From the NCBI GenBank assembly GCA_963516175.1, contig CAUPZG010000001.1:17972-81971 (forward strand): a DNA stretch of 64,000 bases. The letters run 5' to 3'. Positions within the stretch are counted from its first letter, which is position 1; every line of letters begins with the position of its first letter. The notes under the pieces were generated by a model. It did no database searches. It was not told the DNA's origin and worked only from the letters and a program-made list of their open reading frames with translations. Positions 41,655 to 51,518 of the stretch are shown in pieces. This stretch comes from an uncultured Candidatus Saccharibacteria bacterium (lineage in GTDB: Bacteria > Patescibacteriota > Saccharimonadia > Saccharimonadales > Saccharimonadaceae). The translations under genes were made by a program, and so were the position numbers.

Positions 41655-41683
41655 AAAAATACCGCCCTCATCACGGGGCGGTA
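41655..41683 (-). terminator. Intrinsic terminator after rplU
   Basis: TACCGCCC/GGGCGGTA stem followed by a T-run on the minus strand. Confidence 0.75.
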
Positions 41684-41698
41684 CGATTGTTCACCTAA

Positions 41699-42004
41699 TT
41701 ATTTGATGGAGGTTATCTCAATCTTGGTGTACTTCTGGCGATGGCCAGTTTCTTTGTGCACACGTTTCTTGCTCTTGTAGCGGATGACGCGGATTTTATC
41801 ACCCTTGACCTCTGCTTCAACAACCTTTGCCTTCACCGCCACACCCTTGACGGTCGGCGTACCAACTGTTGTTTTATCACCATCAATCACTAAAAGTGCG
41901 TCGAGAGTGAGTTCTTTTGTGCCTTCAGGGAGGAGATCCACCAAGAGGGACTCTTTTTCGCTGACAATGTACTGCTTGCCAGAGATTTTTACGACTGCTT
42001 TCAT
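41699..42004 (-). CDS. rplU: 50S ribosomal protein L21
   Basis: SGKQY, VGTPTV, GHRQKYT. Confidence 0.96.
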   Translation of the reverse strand: MKAVVKISGKQYIVSEKESLLVDLLPEGTKELTLDALLVIDGDKTTVGTPTVKGVAVKAKVVEAEVKGDKIRVIRYKSKKRVHKETGHRQKYTKIEITSIK

Positions 42005-42100
42005 TTTGTTCCTTAAAAATTAGTTTTCAATCTGTTCTATTGTACCAGAGGCATGGTGATAAATCAATCACATTTCACATCTGTCACTGCGGGATATGCC

Positions 42101-45100
42101 CTACAAGCGTCGCAATCGATAAATACCGATCAAACCAGCGGCCACCGCGAGACTTGATATACCGATCAGCAAATAGCTGTTATCACCGGTGTCGGCCAGC
42201 GATGCACTAGATTTTTTCTGGGCCGGATTTGGATTGCCTGGCTGTGCAGCCGGTGATGCTGGCAGTGCAATTGTAAGCGTCCCCGTAGTAACTGAGCTGT
42301 TGCCAGCCGCATCGGTAAAGGTCACCTTAATCGTATGCGTGCCATTACCAAGCGCAGCGATAACATTAGCTGGCAGTGTCCAGGTTCCGCCTGTTACAGT
42401 TGCTGGATAGTCAACCCCATTAATAGTTACAGTCACCGTAGTGGAAGGATCATTGACCGTGCCACTTAAAGCAGGTGAAGCAGTCGTGGCTTGCTGCGTA
42501 TCAAGCGTACCAGCTGGAGCGGTCGTGTCTACTGTTAGCGTCAGCGGAGTCGATGGTGCTGATATATTACCAACTGCTGTCTCCCTGGTGTACGCCACGG
42601 TATGATTACCATCGTTCAATGCATTCGGTAGAGTCACCTCGACCGGTCCTGCCGCTGTGCAGTTGATTGTTTGCACCTCAACACCATCAACGATAAGGTG
42701 TAACTTGTCAGTAGCAGATGCGCACTGCAGCGTCACGGTTGGTGTTGTATCACTGGTGATATTATCTGAATCGCTAGCGCCAGTGTCTGACGACGGCTTC
42801 AGTGTTACCTTTGCTGGTGGCGCAACAACATTAGCATCGACATTGTAGGTCTTTGTTACTGTTGTACTGGTTGTATTGCCGGCTGGGTCAGAGGCAATTA
42901 TCGTTATATCGATCGTATGATCAGGGTCTGATACCAACTCAGCACCCGGAACAGCTACCGCAAATGCACCGGTTGCGTCAACAGTTCCCTCATATGTTGT
43001 ACCGTTAACAGTCACCTTTACCTTATCGCCGGGACGAGTGCCAGTAGCCAGGCCGCGAATAGTCTGCGGCGTAGTCGCTTCAGCGGCATTAATGGTATTA
43101 TCAGCGGTTACCGGATCAATCATTGCTGTCGGAGCAATTGGAGCAGTCGTATCTACCGTCACCGTTAGCGTTGGCGAGCTCTGCGAAACATTACCAGCTG
43201 CATCAGCCTCAGTAAACGTTATTGCATGATCGCCGTCAGACAGTGGTGTTGTTGGAACTACATCAACAGGGCCAGGGCCAGCACAATTTACCGTTCCATT
43301 CGCAACCCCATCTACGTACAGTGTCAAGGTGCTTCCTGCCTCAGTACACATCAATGTAAAGGCTGGCTTATCTTTATTTGTAATATTATCCGAGTCGCTA
43401 TCACCCGTATCCGAAGCAGCGGTCATATCTGGAGCAGCAGCTGGTGTTACCGGCGGCTGTGAATCACGCCACTGAGCGTACAGTGTCACGTCACCCGTTA
43501 GCTGAATATTAGCGCCAGCAGCATAAGGTGTACCCGTACCGTTTGCCTCAGTATTCCAGCCGGTAAATGCATGGCCTGCTTTTGTAAAGCTATTTGCCGC
43601 TGCCTGGACAGTACTATTGTAATTACCAACTGTATCACTCATTGTACCTGCACCGGTATTAGCATCATAATGAACCTTGTACTGGTTAACCGTCCACTTG
43701 GCATACAGTGTTGTATTGGTATCTGGCATTGTATCGGTACCAAAGTTCCATGGATTAGCAAGTCCAGCATCTTTATACCAACCAGCAAAGGTGTGCCCGG
43801 TTTTAGTTGGTGGAGTCGGCTCAGTGGCTTTGGCACCGTACTCTACTGTTTGTGATGGTACGGGTGAGCCGTCTTTCGAGTCAAACGTAAGTGTATAATT
43901 GTTCTTGCGCCACTGGGCATATAGCGTTACATCACCGGTTAGGTGGAAGTTATCACCTGCAGCATATGTCGTACCGCCACCATTAGCCATTGTATTCCAA
44001 CCGGTGAAGGTGTGACCTGTTTTTGTAAAGTTACTGTTTGCTAACTGTACCGTAGCGTCATAATTACCAACGGTATCTGGTGTTGCACCACTACCAGTAT
44101 TTGCATCATAGTGCACCTTATACTGATTCACTGTCCACTTGGCATGAAGTGTTGTATCGGCTGCTGGCATCGTGTCAGTTGTAAAATCCCAAGGTTGTGT
44201 AAATCCAGCGTCCTTATACCAACCAGCGAATGTGTGGCCCGCTTTAGTTGGCACTACCGGTGCTGTTGCCTTCGTACCAAATACCACTGTTTGATCTGGT
44301 ACAGTAGAGCCGCCCTTGGTATCAAAATGCAATGTATAGTTATTAACCTGCCACTGTGCATACAGTGTTGTGTCAGCAGTTACCGTCACATTTGCGCCTG
44401 GAGCATATGTCGTACCGCCACCGTTAGCCATTGTGTTCCAGCCAGTGAAGGTGTGGCCTGTTTTTGCCAAGTTGCCAGTATTCGCTGCCGCAGCTACTGT
44501 AGCACCAGAGTGCAGCGTCTCTCCTGTTGAAGCTGGCACCGTACCTGCATCAGCACCATTTGCATTGTACGAAAGTTCTAATAGATTATTCAGGGTAATT
44601 GTTAAATGCTTATCAAATGTCTGTCCAGCCTTATTGGTTGCCCGTACACAAATTGACAATGTAGTATTCTGTTCATAATCTGGAGACTGCGCCAACTTGA
44701 TCGTATTGCCGTCAATCGTTACAAGATTATTCTGAGCACCAGCACAACCAAGTGTATAGGTAAAATCACTCTGTGGCGAGCCGACAGCATCAGTACCCGC
44801 CAATTGACCCAGCACAGTTCCGGCAGGGCTATTTTCATCAACATTCGCTGCACCAGTGTAATCCACCGCAGTCACTGCATATGGCGTACAATCCTTACCA
44901 GCGTCGGCAATGATCCACGACTTCGAAGTTGTCAAGGTATTGCGCTGCGTATCTGCCAAGCAGAACTTACTATTACCACCACCAAGTTTAACGTTATTAT
45001 TTACTGTCTGCCCTTGCCATGCTATCAACGTTGAATCATAATTTGGAGTCGATATTTTTATACCATTTAACAATCCGTCTGCATTTGTTAGCTGGCGAAC

Positions 45101-45937
45101 ATCCCAATGAGCTAGCGATTGGTCAAATTTCTCAGCACCAGCTAATGCGAGGAGGGCATTTGTCAGCCGTGTAGTGTTCCACTCGCCAATCGGCTGATTA
45201 AACTTCTTGGCATATGCTAGCACCGCTACCATCGTCGTTACTTTGCTAACGTCCCATTTTTGAATTGGCTGATTAAATTCATAGGCATTGGTAAACGTAT
45301 TATCCATGTCAGTTACCTTAGCCGTATTCCAATTAGAGATGTCCTGATTAAACTGATGGGCTCCAGAGAATGTGCTATTTAAACTCTCGACATTGGCAGT
45401 ATCCCATTGCCAGTCAGCACCAACACCTTTTAAGTTCTTGGCATTCCGGAACATATAGCCCAGACTCACCACTTTGCCCATCCGCGGCTTATCAGTTGCT
45501 TTCACGTCAAGGTTTTCAGCACCATCAAAGGCATGCTCCATATTCAGCCATTCGTTCGTGCCCCATTGGTCAATTGAAACAACCTTTAACTTATCACCAG
45601 TAAAGTTAAAGAATATACGCGGAAAGACACCGCTAATGCGAACCTGATATTCACCAGCTGTCGCATAATTACAGGTAGCGTTACCAGTTTGACCAGTAAG
45701 AGTCACGCCGTTACCACATGAGACATTGTAATTGTAGCCGCTGCCAAATGTCGGTATCGTAAATGTATTGCCAGTACCCTTACGCGTGTCGATGGTCATC
45801 ACGAAGTCTGTAGCATTAATAGCATCAGCTTTCACTGGCTGACTTGGCGCGAGATAATGCACCGCAAACACACCAACAACAACTGCAATCACCGCATTTG
45901 TCAGCAACAATTGCTTTGCCTTTTGTGTTATTTTCAT
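42101..45937 (-). CDS. Large cell-surface protein: DUF285/BspA repeats, cadherin-like domain, five InlB-B/Flg_new repeats, Ig-like domains, LADTG sorting signal
   Basis: N-terminal signal; FNQDISNWNTAKVTDM-type repeats; DYEQ cadherin-like segment; KTGHTFxGW..TLYAQW repeats; DTTAP/DAAGN Ig repeats; LADTG followed by TM and RLRRL. Confidence 0.88.
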   Translation of the reverse strand: MKITQKAKQLLLTNAVIAVVVGVFAVHYLAPSQPVKADAINATDFVMTIDTRKGTGNTFTIPTFGSGYNYNVSCGNGVTLTGQTGNATCNYATAGEYQVRISGVFPRIFFNFTGDKLKVVSIDQWGTNEWLNMEHAFDGAENLDVKATDKPRMGKVVSLGYMFRNAKNLKGVGADWQWDTANVESLNSTFSGAHQFNQDISNWNTAKVTDMDNTFTNAYEFNQPIQKWDVSKVTTMVAVLAYAKKFNQPIGEWNTTRLTNALLALAGAEKFDQSLAHWDVRQLTNADGLLNGIKISTPNYDSTLIAWQGQTVNNNVKLGGGNSKFCLADTQRNTLTTSKSWIIADAGKDCTPYAVTAVDYTGAANVDENSPAGTVLGQLAGTDAVGSPQSDFTYTLGCAGAQNNLVTIDGNTIKLAQSPDYEQNTTLSICVRATNKAGQTFDKHLTITLNNLLELSYNANGADAGTVPASTGETLHSGATVAAAANTGNLAKTGHTFTGWNTMANGGGTTYAPGANVTVTADTTLYAQWQVNNYTLHFDTKGGSTVPDQTVVFGTKATAPVVPTKAGHTFAGWYKDAGFTQPWDFTTDTMPAADTTLHAKWTVNQYKVHYDANTGSGATPDTVGNYDATVQLANSNFTKTGHTFTGWNTMANGGGTTYAAGDNFHLTGDVTLYAQWRKNNYTLTFDSKDGSPVPSQTVEYGAKATEPTPPTKTGHTFAGWYKDAGLANPWNFGTDTMPDTNTTLYAKWTVNQYKVHYDANTGAGTMSDTVGNYNSTVQAAANSFTKAGHAFTGWNTEANGTGTPYAAGANIQLTGDVTLYAQWRDSQPPVTPAAAPDMTAASDTGDSDSDNITNKDKPAFTLMCTEAGSTLTLYVDGVANGTVNCAGPGPVDVVPTTPLSDGDHAITFTEADAAGNVSQSSPTLTVTVDTTAPIAPTAMIDPVTADNTINAAEATTPQTIRGLATGTRPGDKVKVTVNGTTYEGTVDATGAFAVAVPGAELVSDPDHTIDITIIASDPAGNTTSTTVTKTYNVDANVVAPPAKVTLKPSSDTGASDSDNITSDTTPTVTLQCASATDKLHLIVDGVEVQTINCTAAGPVEVTLPNALNDGNHTVAYTRETAVGNISAPSTPLTLTVDTTAPAGTLDTQQATTASPALSGTVNDPSTTVTVTINGVDYPATVTGGTWTLPANVIAALGNGTHTIKVTFTDAAGNSSVTTGTLTIALPASPAAQPGNPNPAQKKSSASLADTGDNSYLLIGISSLAVAAGLIGIYRLRRL
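43465..44576 (-). repeat. Five tandem about 220-nt InlB B-type repeats alternating between two subtypes
   Basis: Subtype A (GWNTxANGxGTxY) three times, alternating with subtype B (GWYKDAG..PWxF.TDTMP) twice. Boundaries approximate. Confidence 0.85.
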
Positions 45938-46038
45938 GTGCTGTGCCCCCTGTTTCTATATAATTAATAGTATTGTTACAATAATAATGACCCAATTATA
46001 CTCCAAGCATAAGCGCTTTGCAAGCAGATTTCACCATC

Positions 46039-46863
46039 CTAACAGGAGCATGATCCCGACCGACCACGCACGACATTGTTTGCATGCAGCCAGCCCTCGA
46101 CGTTACCGCCGTCCAAGTGCATACCTACCGCTGGTACTACTTTGACAACACCACCATCCCGAGCATAATTACTGATCGCATCAGTCAATTCATATTCGCC
46201 GCGGGGCGATATTGCAACATCAGCACAAGACTGAATAACTTTTTTAGTGAGGACGTATTTACCGATGTTGGCAAAGTGACTTGGCGCCTCCTCCGGCTTT
46301 GGCTTTTCGACGATCTCAACAAAATTACCGTCTTCATCCATGACAATCGCTCCGTACCGACTAATGTCATCACCCGGCACTTCCTGGGCCAGCAGGCTAC
46401 ATTGACCGTCTGGCGTCGCCGCTAGGAGTCGCGCTACTTCACTGGAGCCATCGGCATTATACATAAAGTCATCACCCATCAGCACCACTGCCGACTCGCC
46501 ATCCTCGAGATAATCTGCCGCCAAAGCTACCGGCACTGCTGAACCATACTTACCATAGCTCGGCTGCGTCACAAAGTGAAGCTTCGCATCAATCGGCGCC
46601 ACTAGGGCCAATTTGTCATCTTTGCCCTTGCTCCGTAAATAATCATTGAGCAAAATATTACTCCGATAATAGCTCTCTAGTTGTGAACTCTGCTCACCAA
46701 CCACAAAAATCAGCTCACGCACGCCGGCCGCCAAACAGTCCTGCACTACATAATCGATCAGCGGGCGATTGCCAATCGGCAGCATACATTTTTCAATCGA
46801 TTTGGTGATTGGCAGCATCCGTGTACCCCAACCAGCGACCGGAATAATAGCTTTGGTAATCAT
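46039..46863 (-). CDS. galU: Sugar-phosphate nucleotidyltransferase (GalU-like)
   Basis: KAIIPVAGWGTRMLPITKSIEKCMLPI, VEKP, GEYELTDAI. Confidence 0.82.
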   Translation of the reverse strand: MITKAIIPVAGWGTRMLPITKSIEKCMLPIGNRPLIDYVVQDCLAAGVRELIFVVGEQSSQLESYYRSNILLNDYLRSKGKDDKLALVAPIDAKLHFVTQPSYGKYGSAVPVALAADYLEDGESAVVLMGDDFMYNADGSSEVARLLAATPDGQCSLLAQEVPGDDISRYGAIVMDEDGNFVEIVEKPKPEEAPSHFANIGKYVLTKKVIQSCADVAISPRGEYELTDAISNYARDGGVVKVVPAVGMHLDGGNVEGWLHANNVVRGRSGSCSC

Positions 46864-46872
46864 ATCTCCTCC

Positions 46873-48210
46873 TTACATCTTGAGTTCTTTATGTGATTTC
46901 TGCAAAATATCCATCATTTCGACGTAGCGCATCTCACCGGTAGAAATCTTAGCATAGAGATAGACAATATTATCTACCACTTCAATATTTACCTTGATGT
47001 TCTGATCATACAGCCAGGCCATGAAGCTTGGGTTGAGCAGTTCAAAACTCGTTACTTGGTTTTCATCGGTGGCATAGACTTGGTAGCGCTTGTTGAAATC
47101 GCCCCACTCTAGTTCTACCTTTTTATAACCCGATGGCGCCCTGAACCGCTTCAGGAAGCGCGAATCACGACGCTCCACCAAAATCCCACCATACGACTTT
47201 GGTAAATTCACCTGTCCAATGATGTACGTAGCTGCCGAATCATTACTGGAAGCTTCGCCTACATAGGTATATAGCTGCACCAGCAAGTTGCCTGTCCAGA
47301 ACCCGATAACGTGGTTATTAATATCAGCACCCTTAAAGCCGCGCTTGAACAATTCACCACGGGTTGGCAATAACAGTCGCCCCCAGTCAGGGCTAAAATA
47401 CATATTATATTGTGCCGCAAACTGCTGCATAGAAGCGACAAGCTGGGCAGAATCTTCTGTTGCTTGATCAATACCCTCTAGTAACCAACCATCACCGGAA
47501 CGTACGAAGTTCCACTGTTCACCAAAATCATCAAAATCACTATGGAGTACTTTGCCGCTCGCAACATCAACCAGCTCATCACTTGCCGAGGCAACAAAAC
47601 TCACACTTACGCGGTCATTCCGATCGTCCGCATCGTCATGCGCGCGTGTAATAACAGCATCACTGATTGACACATTCTTCATGCGGTTGACTCGACCCAT
47701 CTGTTGTAGAGCATACAACATTAGTCCAATGTGTCGTGCATAATGTGGTGTTACATACTGCTGAATTGACGGCAGATCCATCCGTTCCCAGTCATACTGG
47801 AACCGATTAAATACTGATGAGGTGTAGTTGATAATCCCCTGCTCATTCCAGGCACTGTCTTGAGCAGATGCTTGCTGAATGACCTGTTTTGCAGCCTCAC
47901 TGCCTTTGCGGAAACGGCTGATCTTATCTGTAAATGCACCGATGAGCGCGCCGACTAATGCCGAAATAGCTACAAAAACAAATGTCACAGGGCCAATAAA
48001 CAAATAGAACAAGCTCACGAGTAGACCGGCTAGAGATCCGACTGCTATTGCAGCGAGCTTCGATTTGGTAAAAGTCTTCATCAGGCCAGCTACTGACATA
48101 GCGACCACCATTGGTATCGCAAAGATGACAAAACCACCACCCGAGCTTGATCCACCGCCACCAGCGCGTGCAAAAATTAATAATTGACCGAGAACAGCTA
48201 AATTATACAT
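46873..48210 (-). CDS. Tim44-like domain membrane protein
   Basis: ARAGGGGSS N-terminal motif, TM segments, FGEQWNFVRSGDGWLLEGIDQ; ATG 48210 preferred. Confidence 0.75.
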   Translation of the reverse strand: MYNLAVLGQLLIFARAGGGGSSSGGGFVIFAIPMVVAMSVAGLMKTFTKSKLAAIAVGSLAGLLVSLFYLFIGPVTFVFVAISALVGALIGAFTDKISRFRKGSEAAKQVIQQASAQDSAWNEQGIINYTSSVFNRFQYDWERMDLPSIQQYVTPHYARHIGLMLYALQQMGRVNRMKNVSISDAVITRAHDDADDRNDRVSVSFVASASDELVDVASGKVLHSDFDDFGEQWNFVRSGDGWLLEGIDQATEDSAQLVASMQQFAAQYNMYFSPDWGRLLLPTRGELFKRGFKGADINNHVIGFWTGNLLVQLYTYVGEASSNDSAATYIIGQVNLPKSYGGILVERRDSRFLKRFRAPSGYKKVELEWGDFNKRYQVYATDENQVTSFELLNPSFMAWLYDQNIKVNIEVVDNIVYLYAKISTGEMRYVEMMDILQKSHKELKM

Positions 48211-48325
48211 AGACCCATTGTACCGCGTTATACCGCTATCGCCAAGCGGTACTGCCAAGTCATAGCTATCCTGGCTATGGACCTACCCTTGACCAGGCTC
48301 GCAGCCAAATCCTCGGCTGTGGTGA

Positions 48326-51300
48326 TTATCTCGCAGCAGTAAGGGTAATTACAAGCTCAGCTCCCTCAACCACAGCTGTCGACTGATTGTCATCTACCTC
48401 ACCAAAGGTCGCCAGTGTCTCAGCAGTAATTACTTCAGCATGTTCATCAATGGCTTGACGAAGCTGCTCGTCATTTGTCGCTAGTCGCAGGATGATCCGA
48501 TCGTCCACTTGCAACCCCGCCTTCTTGCGCGCACTTTGGACGTGACGGATGACTTCACGCATCAAGCCTTCACGTTTGAGTTCGGGTGTTAATTGCTTGC
48601 TAATTTCGATCCAATTCTCTGGCTTAATCACACCCTCAGTCACCTCATAGTCCGCCAGGTGCTCGTCTAGATTCTCAATCCAGTGAATTTCCTTGACATT
48701 GAGCTCCTCGGCCATGATCTGCTCGTAGTACTCAGCCAATTTCGCACCCGCATATGCCGCACATTGCAGCGGCTGACGCACCTTGATTGACTCCTGATGC
48801 TCATCCTTTTTCATGCGTAGACTCAGGCCGTTATTGATCAATTCGCGCGTCCGGACCATGTCAGCGAGCACCTGCTCATTCACCGCACCCGCTGGCAGCC
48901 AATCTTTGAGGTGGATCGATTCATCATCACCGGTTAGATTATGATACAACTCCTCGGCCAAAAACGGCGTAAACGGAGCCAAGATGTAGCTCAAGCGCAC
49001 CAGCACATAGTGCAGCGTGCGGTAGGCGTCATTTTTATCGCCATCATCTTCCGACTTCCAGAAGCGGCGGCGACTACGGCGGACGTACCAGTTGGACGCG
49101 TCATCCAGGAACGGCAAAATTGGGCTGAGTGCATCAGGGATATTGTAGGTATCCATGTGACGCTCAACCTCAGCCACCAGCTCGTGCAAGCGGCTGATGA
49201 TCCAGATATCGAGGGGGTTGGTCAGCTTGGTGATATCAACACTGATCTGGAACGAGTTCTCAGTTCCAGTGCAAGACAAGGATTCGGAAGTATCGGAGTG
49301 AGCCGTATTGGTGATACGGTGAACGAGAAACGCATCCGAAGACGCCGTATCGTACGGAAATGTGAACTCGTCAACCTCCGCATACATGGTGAAGAAATCA
49401 TACATATTCCAGATCATCGCCAGCTTCCGAGCCACATCACCCACATCCTTATCGTGCAGCGCGAAGTCCTCGCCATTGAGCAGCGGACTACTCAGCAGTA
49501 GAAAGCGCAAGGAATCCGCACTAAACTTATCCATCAGCTCATTCGGGTCGGTAAAGTTACCGAGGGATTTACTCATCTTGCGGCCATCATTGCCCGCCAC
49601 CACACCGGTGGTGATGACGTTGCTGTAGGCGTTTTTGTGTTGCTCACCAGCCTCACCAAAGGCACCGATTTCCGCCAAAGCAGCGTTGACAGCATGCACA
49701 TAGTAGAACCACGCCCGCACCTGGCCGATGTACTCAACGATGAAGTCCGCTGGGTAATTCTGCTCAAACTTAGCTTGGTTTTCAAACGGATAATGCAGCT
49801 GCGCGAACGGCATACTGCCGCTCTCGAACCAGCAATCGAGCACCTTGTCGATGCGAGTAAACGTTTCGCCATCAATTTCAAAGGTGATGTCATCCACCCA
49901 CGGGCGGTGGTAATCATCCAGCTCCACGCCGCTCAGCTCCTTCAGCTCCGCGTACGAGCCAACCACCTTAACCGTACCCCGGTCGCCCTTCCACACTGGC
50001 ATGGCCGTTGCCCAGAAGCGGTCACGGCTCAGGTTCCAGTCTGGCGCTTGCTCAATGTTTTTGGCAAAGCGGCCGTGCTTGAGGTGAGCCGGGAACCAAT
50101 TAATGTGCTCGTTTTGCTCCAGCATCAGCGGCTTCTGTCCTTGGATATCGAAAAACCAGCTGGGGATGGCCCGGTACATGATGCGCTGCTTGCTTCTCGG
50201 ATTGAACGGATATTCGTGGCGAATGTACTCGATCTTCCACGCCGCGCCCTTTTCCTTCAGGTCTTTGGCGATGAATTTGTTATTGTCCCACACCTCGAGA
50301 CCCTTGTAATTGCCGTCGGTGTAGTAGCCGTTGTCATCGATGACATGGAAGGCACTAATGCCGTGGCGCTTGGCCAACTCAAAGTCGTCCTCACCATAGG
50401 CCGGCGCAATGTGCACGATACCCGCACCCGACTCGTGCGACACAAAATCCGCCGCGTAAATGGTGTGAATCTTGTCGTTGGCTGGCCAGGTCGAGCCGGT
50501 ATCAAGCGGCTGGTATGCTTTGCCGACCAATTCGCTGCCGGGGAATTTCCGTAATACTTTGTAATCAAGTGGCTGGTGCTTTTCATCCTGCAGGGTGCGC
50601 CCCAGGGCTTCTTCGGCGATGATCAGCTTTTCGCCATCCACCAGCACCTCGCAGTACGTCATATCTGGGTTAACCGCCAGCATCAGGTTAGCTGGTAGCG
50701 TCCATGGCGTGGTCGTCCAGGCGAGGATTGAGTAATCGCTATCCACCAACCGAAACTTCACATACACACTCGGGTCGGTCACCGTTTGGTAGGCGTCGTT
50801 ATCCATGGTCACTTCGGCCTTGCTGACAGGGGTAGCAAACTTGGTGTCATACATCAGCACCTTTTCGCCTTCATAGATCTTGCCAGCCTCATACAGCTGT
50901 TTAAACGCCCACCACACACTCTCCATAAAATCCTTATCCATGGTGCGGTAGGCGCCCGCAAAGTCTACCCAGCGGCCAATCCGGTCGATCACGCCCTGCC
51001 AGGTTTCGCTATTAGCCACCATGCTTTCGCGCGCCTTGGTGATGTATTTTTCCAGGCTGATGGTCGGCAGCGGCTGACCGTCTTTATCCAGCGGCGCCGG
51101 CTGGCCCGGGCACGTCACAATCTGCCGCCGATCCACAATATTCATCTGCTTTTCGACGAAATTCTCTGCTGGCAAGCCATGACAGTCCCAGCCCCAGCGG
51201 CGCTCCACGCGCTTGCCTTTCATCGTCCAGTAGCGCGGCACGGCATCCTTGACGATTGAGCTCAGCAATGTCCCGTGGTGCGGCACCCCAGTGATAAACG

Positions 51301-51442
51301 GCGGCCCGTCATAAAAGACATAGGCATTATCCGCTGGCCGCTGTGCCACCGACTTCTCAAACGTCTGATCGTCCTTCCAGCGCTGGACCCAATCTTTTTC
51401 ATATTCTGCCGCCCGGCGGCGTGTGCCGTGTTTGAATTTCAT
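48326..51442 (-). CDS. ileS: Isoleucine--tRNA ligase, type 2 (eukaryote-like)
   Basis: FYDGPPF, GWDCHGLP, AWTTTPWTLP, DWNLSRDRFW, KMSKS, NWYVRRSRRRFW; HIGH position reads HHGT. Confidence 0.96.
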   Translation of the reverse strand: MKFKHGTRRRAAEYEKDWVQRWKDDQTFEKSVAQRPADNAYVFYDGPPFITGVPHHGTLLSSIVKDAVPRYWTMKGKRVERRWGWDCHGLPAENFVEKQMNIVDRRQIVTCPGQPAPLDKDGQPLPTISLEKYITKARESMVANSETWQGVIDRIGRWVDFAGAYRTMDKDFMESVWWAFKQLYEAGKIYEGEKVLMYDTKFATPVSKAEVTMDNDAYQTVTDPSVYVKFRLVDSDYSILAWTTTPWTLPANLMLAVNPDMTYCEVLVDGEKLIIAEEALGRTLQDEKHQPLDYKVLRKFPGSELVGKAYQPLDTGSTWPANDKIHTIYAADFVSHESGAGIVHIAPAYGEDDFELAKRHGISAFHVIDDNGYYTDGNYKGLEVWDNNKFIAKDLKEKGAAWKIEYIRHEYPFNPRSKQRIMYRAIPSWFFDIQGQKPLMLEQNEHINWFPAHLKHGRFAKNIEQAPDWNLSRDRFWATAMPVWKGDRGTVKVVGSYAELKELSGVELDDYHRPWVDDITFEIDGETFTRIDKVLDCWFESGSMPFAQLHYPFENQAKFEQNYPADFIVEYIGQVRAWFYYVHAVNAALAEIGAFGEAGEQHKNAYSNVITTGVVAGNDGRKMSKSLGNFTDPNELMDKFSADSLRFLLLSSPLLNGEDFALHDKDVGDVARKLAMIWNMYDFFTMYAEVDEFTFPYDTASSDAFLVHRITNTAHSDTSESLSCTGTENSFQISVDITKLTNPLDIWIISRLHELVAEVERHMDTYNIPDALSPILPFLDDASNWYVRRSRRRFWKSEDDGDKNDAYRTLHYVLVRLSYILAPFTPFLAEELYHNLTGDDESIHLKDWLPAGAVNEQVLADMVRTRELINNGLSLRMKKDEHQESIKVRQPLQCAAYAGAKLAEYYEQIMAEELNVKEIHWIENLDEHLADYEVTEGVIKPENWIEISKQLTPELKREGLMREVIRHVQSARKKAGLQVDDRIILRLATNDEQLRQAIDEHAEVITAETLATFGEVDDNQSTAVVEGAELVITLTAAR
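49253..49370. repeat. Long imperfect palindrome located in frame within ileS
   Basis: Three concentric inverted-repeat pairs centred at about 49311: CGAGTTC/GAACTCG, TTCGGA/TCCGAA, CCGTAT/ATACGG. Confidence 0.7.
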
Positions 51443-51518
51443 ACTTTTTCTTCCTTATCTACCTTACATTCACTGCTTTGCTTAAGTTGTTCATTCAAGT
51501 TTTCCTATTCCCCGCTCA

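Noticed and set aside
43465..44576. Possible CRISPR array or DGR repeat pair
   Set aside because: The repeats are in-frame protein domains of about 220 nt with no spacer structure, and no cas or reverse transcriptase gene is in the window.
49637..50554. 305-aa plus-strand ORF and many similar shadow ORFs
   Set aside because: Antisense to well-supported genes (here ileS), with no motifs or expression signals.
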